Assembly: GCA_017676145.1 (NCBI GenBank)
Contig: GCA_017676145.1_3628.1
Direction: 5' to 3' (one strand)
Source: a phage
DNA length: 64,000 nt
In this document: piece by piece, positions 40,569 to 48,399 of the stretch
Position numbering within the stretch: position 1 is the first letter of the stretch
How the letters are laid out: each line of letters begins with the position of its first letter
Program-made: the position numbers and the translations under genes
The notes under the pieces: model-generated
Told to the model about the DNA's origin: nothing
The model's input: the letters and a program-made list of their open reading frames with translations, nothing else
Database searches by the model: none

Positions 40569-40963
40569 CTACCCTCCTGATTAATGCTCTCGTTATAGAT
40601 ATCTATAAGCTGGTCAGGTAGTGTTGACTTCTTACCTTCAGGTGATTGGAGGTAGATAATCTGCTTTTCTTTACCTGCCTTCTCAGCCATATTTAATTTA
40701 TCCTGTAAGTCAGAAAGAGATTTTTCAAGGTTTTTAACCTCCTCTGCGTGGCCCATTTTAATTTTGTCGGCCTGCTTTTGTTGTTGGTCAAGGATCCGTT
40801 CCCACTTTAACTCTGTTGCTGACACACCTTCCTGATAAGCATCATTGAGCTTAGAGTTAAACCAATACACGGCCCCAAGATAAGTCATGCCTATAGCCGC
40901 TGCAAAAACTAAACCTTTTATGATCCCTCTGTATTTACTCATCAATGTTAAAACTGAAATCAT
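40565..40963 (-). CDS. i-spanin (Rz-like)
   Basis: 132 aa; N-terminal transmembrane helix then coiled-coil periplasmic domain; 4 nt overlap with o-spanin. Confidence 0.65.
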   Translation of the reverse strand: MISVLTLMSKYRGIIKGLVFAAAIGMTYLGAVYWFNSKLNDAYQEGVSATELKWERILDQQQKQADKIKMGHAEEVKNLEKSLSDLQDKLNMAEKAGKEKQIIYLQSPEGKKSTLPDQLIDIYNESINQEGR

Positions 40964-40985
40964 TTTAAGGCTCCAGAAACGAAAA

Positions 40986-41012
40986 AACCCCGCAGCTATG
41001 CAGCTAACGGGG
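40986..41012 (-). terminator. hairpin terminator
   Basis: CCCCG...CGGGG stem with run of A on plus (U-run on minus) downstream of 41069-41338. Confidence 0.4.
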
Positions 41013-41068
41013 CGGGTTAAAATTGAGTAACCTAAATAGATCGAAACTAACTAAAAGGAGACTAATAC

Positions 41069-41338
41069 TTATCGAGGCACTCGGTGGATGATTCTGACAG
41101 TAACTGCATTCTCATTCATCAAGTATGCATCCACATCTCTGTAAATATAAAACTTCTGCTCGCTATCAACAACACAAGCCACTGCCCCTTCAGAGTTGTC
41201 TTCAAAGAAGACCACAACTGCATCGCAGCTTAGTTCATGATACGACTCTCGAAGATTTACAGCAAGAGGGTTGAAATCGTCACGAAAATCTACAGTATGG
41301 GTTGGATTTACACGTTCTACAATTTTAAGTGTATACAT
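41069..41338 (-). CDS. hypothetical protein
   Basis: 89 aa ORF. Confidence 0.3.
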   Translation of the reverse strand: MYTLKIVERVNPTHTVDFRDDFNPLAVNLRESYHELSCDAVVVFFEDNSEGAVACVVDSEQKFYIYRDVDAYLMNENAVTVRIIHRVPR

Positions 41339-41384
41339 TTTAAAGGTTCCTTTTGTGTGTATATATTTAAAGTATAACTAAAGG

Positions 41385-41461
41385 TGGTCTCCACGGAGTG
41401 ATTCGAACACTCGACCTCCTGATCCCAAATCAGGCGCTCTACCAAGCTGAGCTACGCGGAG
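41385..41461 (-). tRNA. tRNA-Pro (anticodon UGG)
   Basis: hand-folded cloverleaf: acceptor CTCCGCG/CGTGGAG, anticodon loop TTTGGGA, T-loop TTCGAAT, 3' CCA encoded. Confidence 0.7.
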
Positions 41462-41472
41462 TATTTATAATT

Positions 41473-41547
41473 TGGTGGCCCTGGGTGGAATTGAACCACC
41501 GTCTGGCGATTATGAGTCGCTTGCTTGAACCTTCCAGCTACAGGGCC
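41473..41547 (-). tRNA. tRNA-Met (anticodon CAU; could be Ile2 if lysidinylated)
   Basis: acceptor GGCCCTG/CAGGGCC, anticodon loop CTCATAA, T-arm GGTGG-TTCAATT-CCACC, CCA encoded. Confidence 0.65.
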
Positions 41548-41548
41548 A

Positions 41549-41624
41549 TGGTGCTGATGGCAGGACTTGAACCTGCAACCTATTGATTACAAATCAATTG
41601 CACTACCGATTGTGCTACATCAGC
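41549..41624 (-). tRNA. tRNA-Thr (anticodon UGU)
   Basis: acceptor GCTGATG/CATCAGC, anticodon arm ATTGA-TTTGTAA-TCAAT, T-loop TTCAAGT, CCA encoded. Confidence 0.7.
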
Positions 41625-41629
41625 AAAAA

Positions 41630-41728
41630 GGTGCTAGGTGATGGAATCGAACCACCTATGTATTCAACGACTACCTCGTCTATTTTCAGGATTAAAAATC
41701 CTCGCCCTTGCCAAAGGGCTTACCTAGC
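41630..41728 (-). tRNA. atypical tRNA-like gene, anticodon UUU (Lys) candidate, with about 30 nt variable region
   Basis: perfect 7 bp acceptor GCTAGGT/ACCTAGC, D-arm GCCC-TTTGGCAA-GGGC, anticodon arm GAGGA-TTTTTAA-TCCTG, T-arm GGTGG-TTCGATT-CCATC; extra hairpin GACGA-GGTAG-TCGTT in variable region. Confidence 0.45.
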
Positions 41729-41826
41729 GCAATATGTTGACCATGTGGCTAGTCGGCGATGACGACTGTAACATTTGATAATCCGGTTCTGCTTCCGGCT
41801 TTCGCTTAATTACAAGGTCAACAATG

Positions 41827-41917
41827 TGGCGGAGAGTAATGGAATCGAACCATCATCGAGTCATCCTCAACGGGACGGTTTTCAAGACCGCTTGAGCACC
41901 ATTGCTCCCTACCCTCC
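41827..41917 (-). tRNA. tRNA-Ser (anticodon UGA), long variable arm
   Basis: acceptor GGAGGGT/ACTCTCC, anticodon arm GCGGT-CTTGAAA-ACCGT, T-loop TTCGATT, CCA encoded. Confidence 0.65.
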
Positions 41918-42031
41918 TTTATAAATTACACTGATAATGACACTGATTTTCGAGCAGTTAGTGACTAGTATAAACGACGATAAATATCAATGCCATTATC
42001 TGTATGATTTATGCATTTAAAAATATAAATT

Positions 42032-42119
42032 TGGTGGTGAGTGATGGAGTCGAACCACCCGAATCGCAATGATAACAGATTTACAGTCTGCCCCGCTACC
42101 CCTACGGAATTAACTCACC
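42032..42119 (-). tRNA. tRNA-Tyr (anticodon GUA), long variable arm
   Basis: acceptor GGTGAGT/ACTCACC, anticodon arm GCAGA-CTGTAAA-TCTGT, T-loop TTCGACT, CCA encoded. Confidence 0.65.
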
Positions 42120-42249
42120 TAAATACTAATATTTAAATTCTTTTTAAAATAGCTAGTGTTCTCACCACTAACTATGAGGTATCGGTAAAGTGGTTACCGC
42201 CACTTGCCGAAGATTTACTCTGCTAAAGTAAGCTACATTAAAAAGAACT

Positions 42250-42324
42250 TGGCACCCCGTACTGGACTCGAACCAGTGTCAACGGCTTAGAAGGCCGCTG
42301 CTTTATCCACTAAGCTAACAGGGC
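42250..42324 (-). tRNA. tRNA-Arg (anticodon UCU)
   Basis: acceptor GCCCTGT/ACGGGGT (two G-U pairs), D-arm GCTT-AGTGGATA-AAGC, anticodon loop CTTCTAA, T-loop TTCGAGT, CCA encoded. Confidence 0.65.
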
Positions 42325-42420
42325 ACTGGGTGGCTTTCTTTTACACCTGAGCCGCCAGAAAAGGTGGGAGACCATGTTTACAATATTACACTGTTAAGCA
42401 AAGTTTGTCAAGAAAATATT

Positions 42421-42759
42421 TTAACTATTGCCAACAGGCTGTATCTCTGTGGTAAATGGCATAAAAGGTGCTGGTTTTTCAGCCTCTTCTACTACCACCT
42501 CTTCCTCTTCACCAAACATCTCATCATATTCTTCCTGCATTCGGTCTGCCTTATCAAGGACATACTCTGCAATGCTTTGACGAATATTTTGCTTGGTTTT
42601 CGGATCCAACATCAGCTCTCTTAAAACTTTGTGAGCTTCTGGAACCATCGCTATAAAAGATTCCTTCATATCAAGAATGTTCTTCTCTAGCTGAATGGCG
42701 TTGGACTCCTCTTTCAGAGGTCTGCCTCTACGGCGACGCTTTTTAGTTGTATCCGCCAT
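42421..42759 (-). CDS. small DNA-binding protein with AT-hook-like motif
   Basis: start at internal ATG 42759 with GGAGGAAAC Shine-Dalgarno; KKRRRRGRPLKE basic motif; acidic C-terminus. Confidence 0.4.
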   Translation of the reverse strand: MADTTKKRRRRGRPLKEESNAIQLEKNILDMKESFIAMVPEAHKVLRELMLDPKTKQNIRQSIAEYVLDKADRMQEEYDEMFGEEEEVVVEEAEKPAPFMPFTTEIQPVGNS

Positions 42760-42770
42760 GTTTCCTCCAT

Positions 42771-42800
42771 TATCACGTGATAGGTGGATTTTATCACGGC
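42771..42800. promoter_or_regulatory. operator-like palindrome TATCACGTGATA plus TATCACGGC half-site
   Basis: 12 bp perfect palindrome at 42771-42782 and a repeat of the TATCAC half-site at 42792-42800, just upstream of 42421-42759. Confidence 0.25.
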
Positions 42801-43104
42801 AAATACTGATTGTCAAGTTCGCCGCAGGGTGGTATTCCCTGCGACTTGCCCAGCGTCCTGGACCAGAAAGACCCAACAAGTGGGTTACCAGAGACCCATT
42901 ACCGCGCTTTGGCTCGACCTTATTACAGGTTGGCTGGGGTCACATCGTCATGTGCTGGCTGCCCCTACCATTTTAAGTGTGGTGCACTATCAAGCCCTCT
43001 AAGGGGAACTCAGCATTCTCCGAACCCTGTTTCAAAGCATCCGGAGATAAAGCCATCAAACTCATCTTTAAATTGGATATTCATCATGATACACGAAAAC
43101 AACC

Positions 43105-43347
43105 TCATTGTAAAGCACAAATAAATAAAACATACTTAATTTGTTTGTTATCGGGCTCAGGGTAGAAGTAGAAGATCTTGCTATCACCAATCTGAACACC
43201 ACCATCCCAACAACATAAACCATAACCCGTATTCATACAAGCTAAGTCGTTGGCAAAATCTATTGCATCATCTAGTGCACGAAATTCACCTTCATCTTCT
43301 AAATAATCCTCATTCATGGAACGGAAAACGAGCTTAACCTTAAACAT
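43105..43347 (-). CDS. hypothetical protein
   Basis: 80 aa ORF. Confidence 0.3.
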   Translation of the reverse strand: MFKVKLVFRSMNEDYLEDEGEFRALDDAIDFANDLACMNTGYGLCCWDGGVQIGDSKIFYFYPEPDNKQIKYVLFICALQ

Positions 43348-43423
43348 AGCATTACCTGTAGACCTCGTAAGTTAAAATTGTATCACATCATATTGCAGAT
43401 CTTATCAGGTAACATTATTTTTG

Positions 43424-43612
43424 TCAACAGATTCCGGCCTTATCCCTCCTGTCTGCGTATTCTTTAATCGCAACCTCACCTGCATTGGTAACCAGATCTT
43501 CAAAGTAATTCTCAAGCTCCTCGTCAATGTCCGGTGACCAGCTCTTTTTCCTGTCAGTGTGAATTGCAGACTTGTTGAACTTATTACAGTTCTTTGCTAC
43601 CGGATTGTTCAT
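43424..43612 (-). CDS. hypothetical protein
   Basis: 62 aa ORF. Confidence 0.25.
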   Translation of the reverse strand: MNNPVAKNCNKFNKSAIHTDRKKSWSPDIDEELENYFEDLVTNAGEVAIKEYADRRDKAGIC

Positions 43613-43622
43613 TAAGCTCTCC

Positions 43623-44201
43623 TCAACGTTCGTAGTAAATCTTATTCAACATTACCTCATCGTTTGCAGAAAGGATATCAAGATATGCATCACCAAATCT
43701 GCCTGCAACAACCTCTGCATGATACATCACTTCGTCAACATCGTCAAGAGTGATAACCGGATGACCATATCTTTCTGAATATTGCCTCAGGGTGCGATGT
43801 AACGAGTCGTCATCATATGCAGACTTTTTAATATCACAAACACGACGAATGGCCTTGATGTCGAAAAAACCTGTGCGATACCACCCAAGAAAAAAGTTCC
43901 GTGTGGTGTCAACATCTACATCAATACCATCAAGAACTTTATCTACAAGATAGCTGTCATCCTTTGGACCAGCGTCCTTAGTGCGAATGTAGTTGCCATC
44001 TTTTCCAGGCGATAGCTCCTTCTCATCACCAACCTGCATGCCATCATTTGGCGGTGTTAGCCACTTATCCGGATGCTTACGATCACGAGCGTTAGAATGA
44101 TTACGCTGGAAACCTGGCTTCCACTTGAAAGTTTTCTCCATCTGTTCTTCATTCTGATAACGTTTTGCAATCTTTTCGCGGTCATCTTTGCGTGAACTCA
44201 T
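43623..44201 (-). CDS. hypothetical protein
   Basis: 192 aa ORF with GAGGAGG Shine-Dalgarno upstream of ATG at 44201. Confidence 0.4.
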   Translation of the reverse strand: MSSRKDDREKIAKRYQNEEQMEKTFKWKPGFQRNHSNARDRKHPDKWLTPPNDGMQVGDEKELSPGKDGNYIRTKDAGPKDDSYLVDKVLDGIDVDVDTTRNFFLGWYRTGFFDIKAIRRVCDIKKSAYDDDSLHRTLRQYSERYGHPVITLDDVDEVMYHAEVVAGRFGDAYLDILSANDEVMLNKIYYER

Positions 44202-44706
44202 AACTGCCTCCTCTTCAAGTTATAGAAAAACTCACTGTATCGCTTTGTAACGAGCTTTTCTATCAAACTGGTGCGATTGCCTTACTTGGTATAGTTTACG
44301 CAGCTGTGTGGCGATTTAGGGGCCTTCCTGTCCGTTTCCACACATAAACTTTAACTAAACTCGCGCGGGAGGCTCTCAACCGACTCCTTACGGCGCTGGC
44401 AAGCTTTCGTCGGTGGTCCACATTAGTGCTCGGCCTTTGGCCTGCGCTATCGCTTCGCTCCCACACATGTTAACAGTCCTGCATGTATGCACTCCTGTCA
44501 TTGTGTGCACTATGGAGGCCCGGCATCTCGCCCCTCGTAGGCGAGTGCCAATGAAGGGCCGACACTACCAATAGTAAGTAATAAATTTAAAACATGGTAC
44601 TTAGGATCTAGTATATTCTACATAAGTTAAGTATATGTACTTTAGTACCATAAGTACTAGATCTTTTATTTTTTATTATTTAGTTATTTTAGTTATATTC
44701 TTTATG

Positions 44707-44787
44707 TGTCCGTATTGCGGACAGTTAGTGTCCGTATTACGGGCAGATGTGTCCGCGTGACGGACAGTAGTGTCCGTATCACGGACA
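44707..44787. repeat. iteron array: four 17 bp dyad-symmetric repeats at 21-22 bp spacing (origin or operator candidate)
   Basis: TGTCCGTATTGCGGACA (44707-44723), TGTCCGTATTACGGGCA (44729-44745), TGTCCGCGTGACGGACA (44750-44766), TGTCCGTATCACGGACA (44771-44787); adjacent AT-rich tract 44600-44700. Confidence 0.6.
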
Positions 44788-44862
44788 GTTACTACCCTCT
44801 GCTCTTGGATGGACATAAAACATACGAATCCTTATAGTGCAGATATTTAAGTTTTCACTGGT

Positions 44863-45213
44863 CTAACCAGTTGTTGACATTCGAATAACCTCTTCTGGTG
44901 GCAAAACTTTGGAAAATGTGCATCTTTTACCTCTCCCTTGTGTGGATATTTCAACCACTCCTGCACATTCTAAAGTTTTAACGCACGCTGCTGCTTTTGT
45001 TTTCTTTATCCCAACATCTGCTGCAATTTTCCTTGTGCTGGGTGTGAAGCGTGAATTTCCTCCAAGCTTATACCAGTTGTGCAGGTAGCAGTATACGATC
45101 TTGTCATACAAGTCAAGAACAACAACCTCCCCGGTTGTGTCATTCAAAACTTTTGACATAGACAGTATTTCAAGGGGGACTTTAAGATATAGCAGCTTAT
45201 CCCCATCTTTCAT
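44863..45213 (-). CDS. helix-turn-helix DNA-binding protein (candidate iteron-binding or replication initiator)
   Basis: 116 aa; PSTRKIAADVGIKKTKAAACVKTLECAGVVE has helix-turn-helix character; gene ends about 75 bp from the iteron array. Confidence 0.4.
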   Translation of the reverse strand: MKDGDKLLYLKVPLEILSMSKVLNDTTGEVVVLDLYDKIVYCYLHNWYKLGGNSRFTPSTRKIAADVGIKKTKAAACVKTLECAGVVEISTQGRGKRCTFSKVLPPEEVIRMSTTG

Positions 45214-45260
45214 ATCTCCTGATTCTCCTTGTGTGGCAATTTTCTTTAAAATAGCAGGGA

Positions 45261-45815
45261 TTACTCCCCGCTGTCAATAGCAAGACTCATTGCAATACGG
45301 TATGCCTCTTCTAATGGTAAGAGTCTCCCCCACACATCCCAACCGACATCAAACTGCCTGCCAAACAACTGTTGCGTGGTTCCGTGAGCATGACCGAACA
45401 GTTGGACTGATCCGTGATGCTTTCTGTTCCACGTTGCAAACTGGTAATGACTCATACAGATCAAATTCTTGTTGTGGCGAAACTCGTAATAATCTACAAC
45501 CTCATGATAGAACTCTTTCATAATTCTGACAGTCGTCCTTGTGTCATGGTTGCCACGAACAAGAATAATATGTCCGTTCAACATATTTAGAATATCTGGA
45601 AGTAAGTTGTTGATATTCTTATCATTAGTGCACGCAATATCCCCCAAGTGGAACACAGTGTCTGCAGGTGACACAACAGAGTTCCACTCGGTGATGATTC
45701 CAGCATTCATACTGTCAAGATTGTGATCATACTGAGATCTGTGTTTTTGACACGAGTCAAACTCCATGACCCGCTGGTGGAGAAAGTGTGTGTCACTTGT
45801 TACAAAGTATTTCAT
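45261..45815 (-). CDS. calcineurin-like metallophosphoesterase (candidate RNA 3' end-healing phosphatase)
   Basis: start at internal ATG 45815 with GAGGAA Shine-Dalgarno; motifs SDTHF, LGDIACTND, RGNHD, GHAH. Confidence 0.6.
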   Translation of the reverse strand: MKYFVTSDTHFLHQRVMEFDSCQKHRSQYDHNLDSMNAGIITEWNSVVSPADTVFHLGDIACTNDKNINNLLPDILNMLNGHIILVRGNHDTRTTVRIMKEFYHEVVDYYEFRHNKNLICMSHYQFATWNRKHHGSVQLFGHAHGTTQQLFGRQFDVGWDVWGRLLPLEEAYRIAMSLAIDSGE

Positions 45816-45822
45816 ACATTCC

Positions 45823-46233
45823 TCATTTAAGTTTAATGCAGTTTTTAAGCTGGCGTTCCATACGATCCACGACCATGTCTGGAACATCATGAATGCTTTT
45901 ATTACCGTGGCGGTTTTCAACCACGATTACGGTATAACTATACCCATGACTGATTGCCATGTCAACATATTCTTGCACATGTTTTTCTTTTGTAAACGTA
46001 TTACTTACCACGATACGGTCGTATCCCATACGCATCATATCTTCTACGTTATCTTTGCACCATTTTGCTGCAAGTGTTACTTTACTTGCATCCCAGTTGT
46101 AATTGCCGTCATCGTCGTACCAGAACATGTCGTTCTCAAAATGTGGATACAGACCTTCTAAAGATAGCGCATTTGCCAGTGTTGATTTGCCAGACCCTGG
46201 TAGACCACGCACGATATATAGCATTTTAGACAT
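45823..46233 (-). CDS. polynucleotide 5'-kinase (T4 Pnk kinase-domain-like)
   Basis: start at internal ATG 46233 with GGAGG Shine-Dalgarno; P-loop GLPGSGKST; IVVSNTFTK and VPDMVVDRMERQL parallel T4 Pnk kinase motifs. Confidence 0.7.
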   Translation of the reverse strand: MSKMLYIVRGLPGSGKSTLANALSLEGLYPHFENDMFWYDDDGNYNWDASKVTLAAKWCKDNVEDMMRMGYDRIVVSNTFTKEKHVQEYVDMAISHGYSYTVIVVENRHGNKSIHDVPDMVVDRMERQLKNCIKLK

Positions 46234-46351
46234 AGCGGCCCTCCGTTTTAATTTTAATGATAGTATAGCGTGCTCTTTTGAACATTTCAAGTGTTGACAT
46301 GATGCTGTTTGTGTGGGAAGATTGTGGAACAAAATGACAAATGAGGAACGT

Positions 46352-47269
46352 ATGATGAAGTATTTTAATGCAGACGACCTAGTTGACAAAGGTCTTGTAA
46401 CCAGCAGATATTACCCAGATCTTGGATTAAAGATCTATAAATATGCCAGAAAAGTATTTTACAACAATTTATGGCATTTGTCTCCTCGTTTGCTGGAGTG
46501 CCGGGGAATTGTTGTCGGTAATGAAGGAAATGTTGTGGCATGGCCCTTCACAAAAGTGTTTAACTTGGGAGAAAACTCCACCAACCTGCCTGACAATAAG
46601 CTTGTGACGGCGGTAGAGAAAAAGAACGGATTCCTTGGTGTGGTATCATCTCATAAAGGTGAACTATTGTTCTCAACAACCGGATCTCTTGATTCTCCAT
46701 ATTGTAACCTCGCAAAGGAAACCATCCAGGAGCAATGTGGTAATTTAGATCTTATCAAGAAGGTTATGGGCAAAGAAAACATGACATTCATGTTTGAAAT
46801 TTGTCACCCTTCAGATCCGCATATTGTTCAGGAAGATCATGGCGCATATTTGATAGGCTGCAGATATAATGATTCTGGAATAATGCTACCAGAAGCAGCT
46901 TTAGATGGGATTGCCAAACACCTTGGTGCAAAACGTCCTCACACTGTGCGTGAAATTCCGTTCAGCTATGCAAAAGAATTAGCTGCAGAAACAAGAGGTG
47001 AAGGGTATATGATTCGTAAGCCTTACTACCCTTATGACCTGCAGCTGAAGATCAAGTCTCCATACTATCTGGCACGGAAGGCCGTAATGAGGGGTAAGGC
47101 TTGGAAGATTTGGGATGATGATATCTTTAAACGTATTGACGAAGAGTTTTACGGCATGGTAAACTTCATTCGTAGCAATTACACAGAGGATGTGTGGAAC
47201 TGCCTCCTGGAGCAGGAACGCCGTGAGATACTTGATTGCTATTTCCACAACGAGGACTATATGCAATGA
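46352..47269 (+). CDS. RNA ligase (Rnl2-like nucleotidyltransferase)
   Basis: motif I-like EKKNG, motif IV-like EGYMIRKP, motif V-like KIKSPYY; start chosen at ATG 46352 after GAGGAA. Confidence 0.55.
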   Translation: MMKYFNADDLVDKGLVTSRYYPDLGLKIYKYARKVFYNNLWHLSPRLLECRGIVVGNEGNVVAWPFTKVFNLGENSTNLPDNKLVTAVEKKNGFLGVVSSHKGELLFSTTGSLDSPYCNLAKETIQEQCGNLDLIKKVMGKENMTFMFEICHPSDPHIVQEDHGAYLIGCRYNDSGIMLPEAALDGIAKHLGAKRPHTVREIPFSYAKELAAETRGEGYMIRKPYYPYDLQLKIKSPYYLARKAVMRGKAWKIWDDDIFKRIDEEFYGMVNFIRSNYTEDVWNCLLEQERREILDCYFHNEDYMQ

Positions 47270-47616
47270 AGAAGTTGATTGTGTGGCTTGATGATTTTAG
47301 AGATCCGTCAGATTATGGACTCCCAGACGCTCTGTGGCTAAAGAATTCTTCTGAGTTTATGGATTTCATCGATGACAAGGGAAAGCTATATAGACGCGTT
47401 TCTGAGTGGCATTTTGACAGCGACTTGGGAGAAATTTTTGAAGGATACGATTGCTTCTGCATACTAGAGGAAAAATTTGTATTTGGTAAGCCTCCTGTAG
47501 TTGACAACGTGAAGATTTTCGTGCATACTTCTAACCCATCAGCGGCTCGTAAATTCATGCTTGCTGCTGACTCGTTTAAAAAGTTTGGAATAGAGATTAA
47601 ACAAAACATCTACTGA
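47266..47616 (+). CDS. hypothetical protein, adjacent partner of SIR2 gene
   Basis: 116 aa from ATG overlapping upstream stop (ATGA); begins MKKLIVWLDDFRDPSD; single HTS motif; no family recognised. Confidence 0.4.
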   Translation: MKKLIVWLDDFRDPSDYGLPDALWLKNSSEFMDFIDDKGKLYRRVSEWHFDSDLGEIFEGYDCFCILEEKFVFGKPPVVDNVKIFVHTSNPSAARKFMLAADSFKKFGIEIKQNIY

Positions 47617-47624
47617 GGACACTT

Positions 47625-48386
47625 ATGCGACGACTGATCATTATCTCCGGCGCTGGTTTGAGCGCTGAATCTGGTATCCCAACTTTCCGATCTGGTTGCA
47701 CTGCAATGTGGGAGAATTTCAGCATCGATGAGGTGTGTAACATCCACACCTTTGCCAAGAACTACTATAAGGTGCATGACTTTTACAATGCACGGCGTGT
47801 AGCTCTGGGCAGTGTTGATCCTAACATTGCACATCTCCGGATCGCTGAGTGGTATTCCCGCTGGTCTGGTCGTGTGATCAACCTGACCACCAATGTAGAT
47901 GATTTGCTGGAGCGTGCTGGTGTAAAACATGAAGATATTTTACATGTCCACGGATATTTGCCAGAAATAGTCTATGAGGATGATGAAGGGAGTGACGTCA
48001 TTAAAGACATTGGATACTCTGAGGTAGATGCAAGCGAGTATACTTGGGTCAAGCCTAATGTGGTGTTCTTCGGAGAAGTAGCTCCGAAGTATACAGACAT
48101 GTATGACCTGTTGACTTCTCTTACGAGTAATGATATGGTTATCCTTGTAGGGTGTTCCAACACAGTTATCAATTTTAACTGGGAGCTATTCCCTGCCTGC
48201 AATAAGGGAACCAAACTGCTGATCGTTAACAAATACGACTCACAGCAGCTAGGGGAGAATGGTATTTCACGTAGTGATATTTACCAATATGAGGATCGCG
48301 GCATCCCAGTTTGGTTTAACGGGGCGGTTGATGCTTTCTCTGATAAAACATTCATTGAGACCGTAGAAAACTTTATGGAACTTTAA
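47625..48386 (+). CDS. SIR2-family NAD-dependent protein (sirtuin-like)
   Basis: GAGLSAESGIPTFRSG Rossmann motif and HVHG catalytic His motif; 253 aa. Confidence 0.7.
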   Translation: MRRLIIISGAGLSAESGIPTFRSGCTAMWENFSIDEVCNIHTFAKNYYKVHDFYNARRVALGSVDPNIAHLRIAEWYSRWSGRVINLTTNVDDLLERAGVKHEDILHVHGYLPEIVYEDDEGSDVIKDIGYSEVDASEYTWVKPNVVFFGEVAPKYTDMYDLLTSLTSNDMVILVGCSNTVINFNWELFPACNKGTKLLIVNKYDSQQLGENGISRSDIYQYEDRGIPVWFNGAVDAFSDKTFIETVENFMEL

Positions 48387-48399
48387 AAGGAGACCTTTA

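Noticed and set aside
42121-42249. Eighth tRNA in the spacer between tRNA-Tyr and tRNA-Arg
   Set aside because: No T-loop (GTTCRA) motif and no 7 bp acceptor pairing on either strand; only a short hairpin is present.
44707-44787. Possible CRISPR array
   Set aside because: Only four units, each itself dyad-symmetric, with 4-5 bp spacers rather than unique 30-40 bp spacers, and no cas genes; fits iterons or operators instead.
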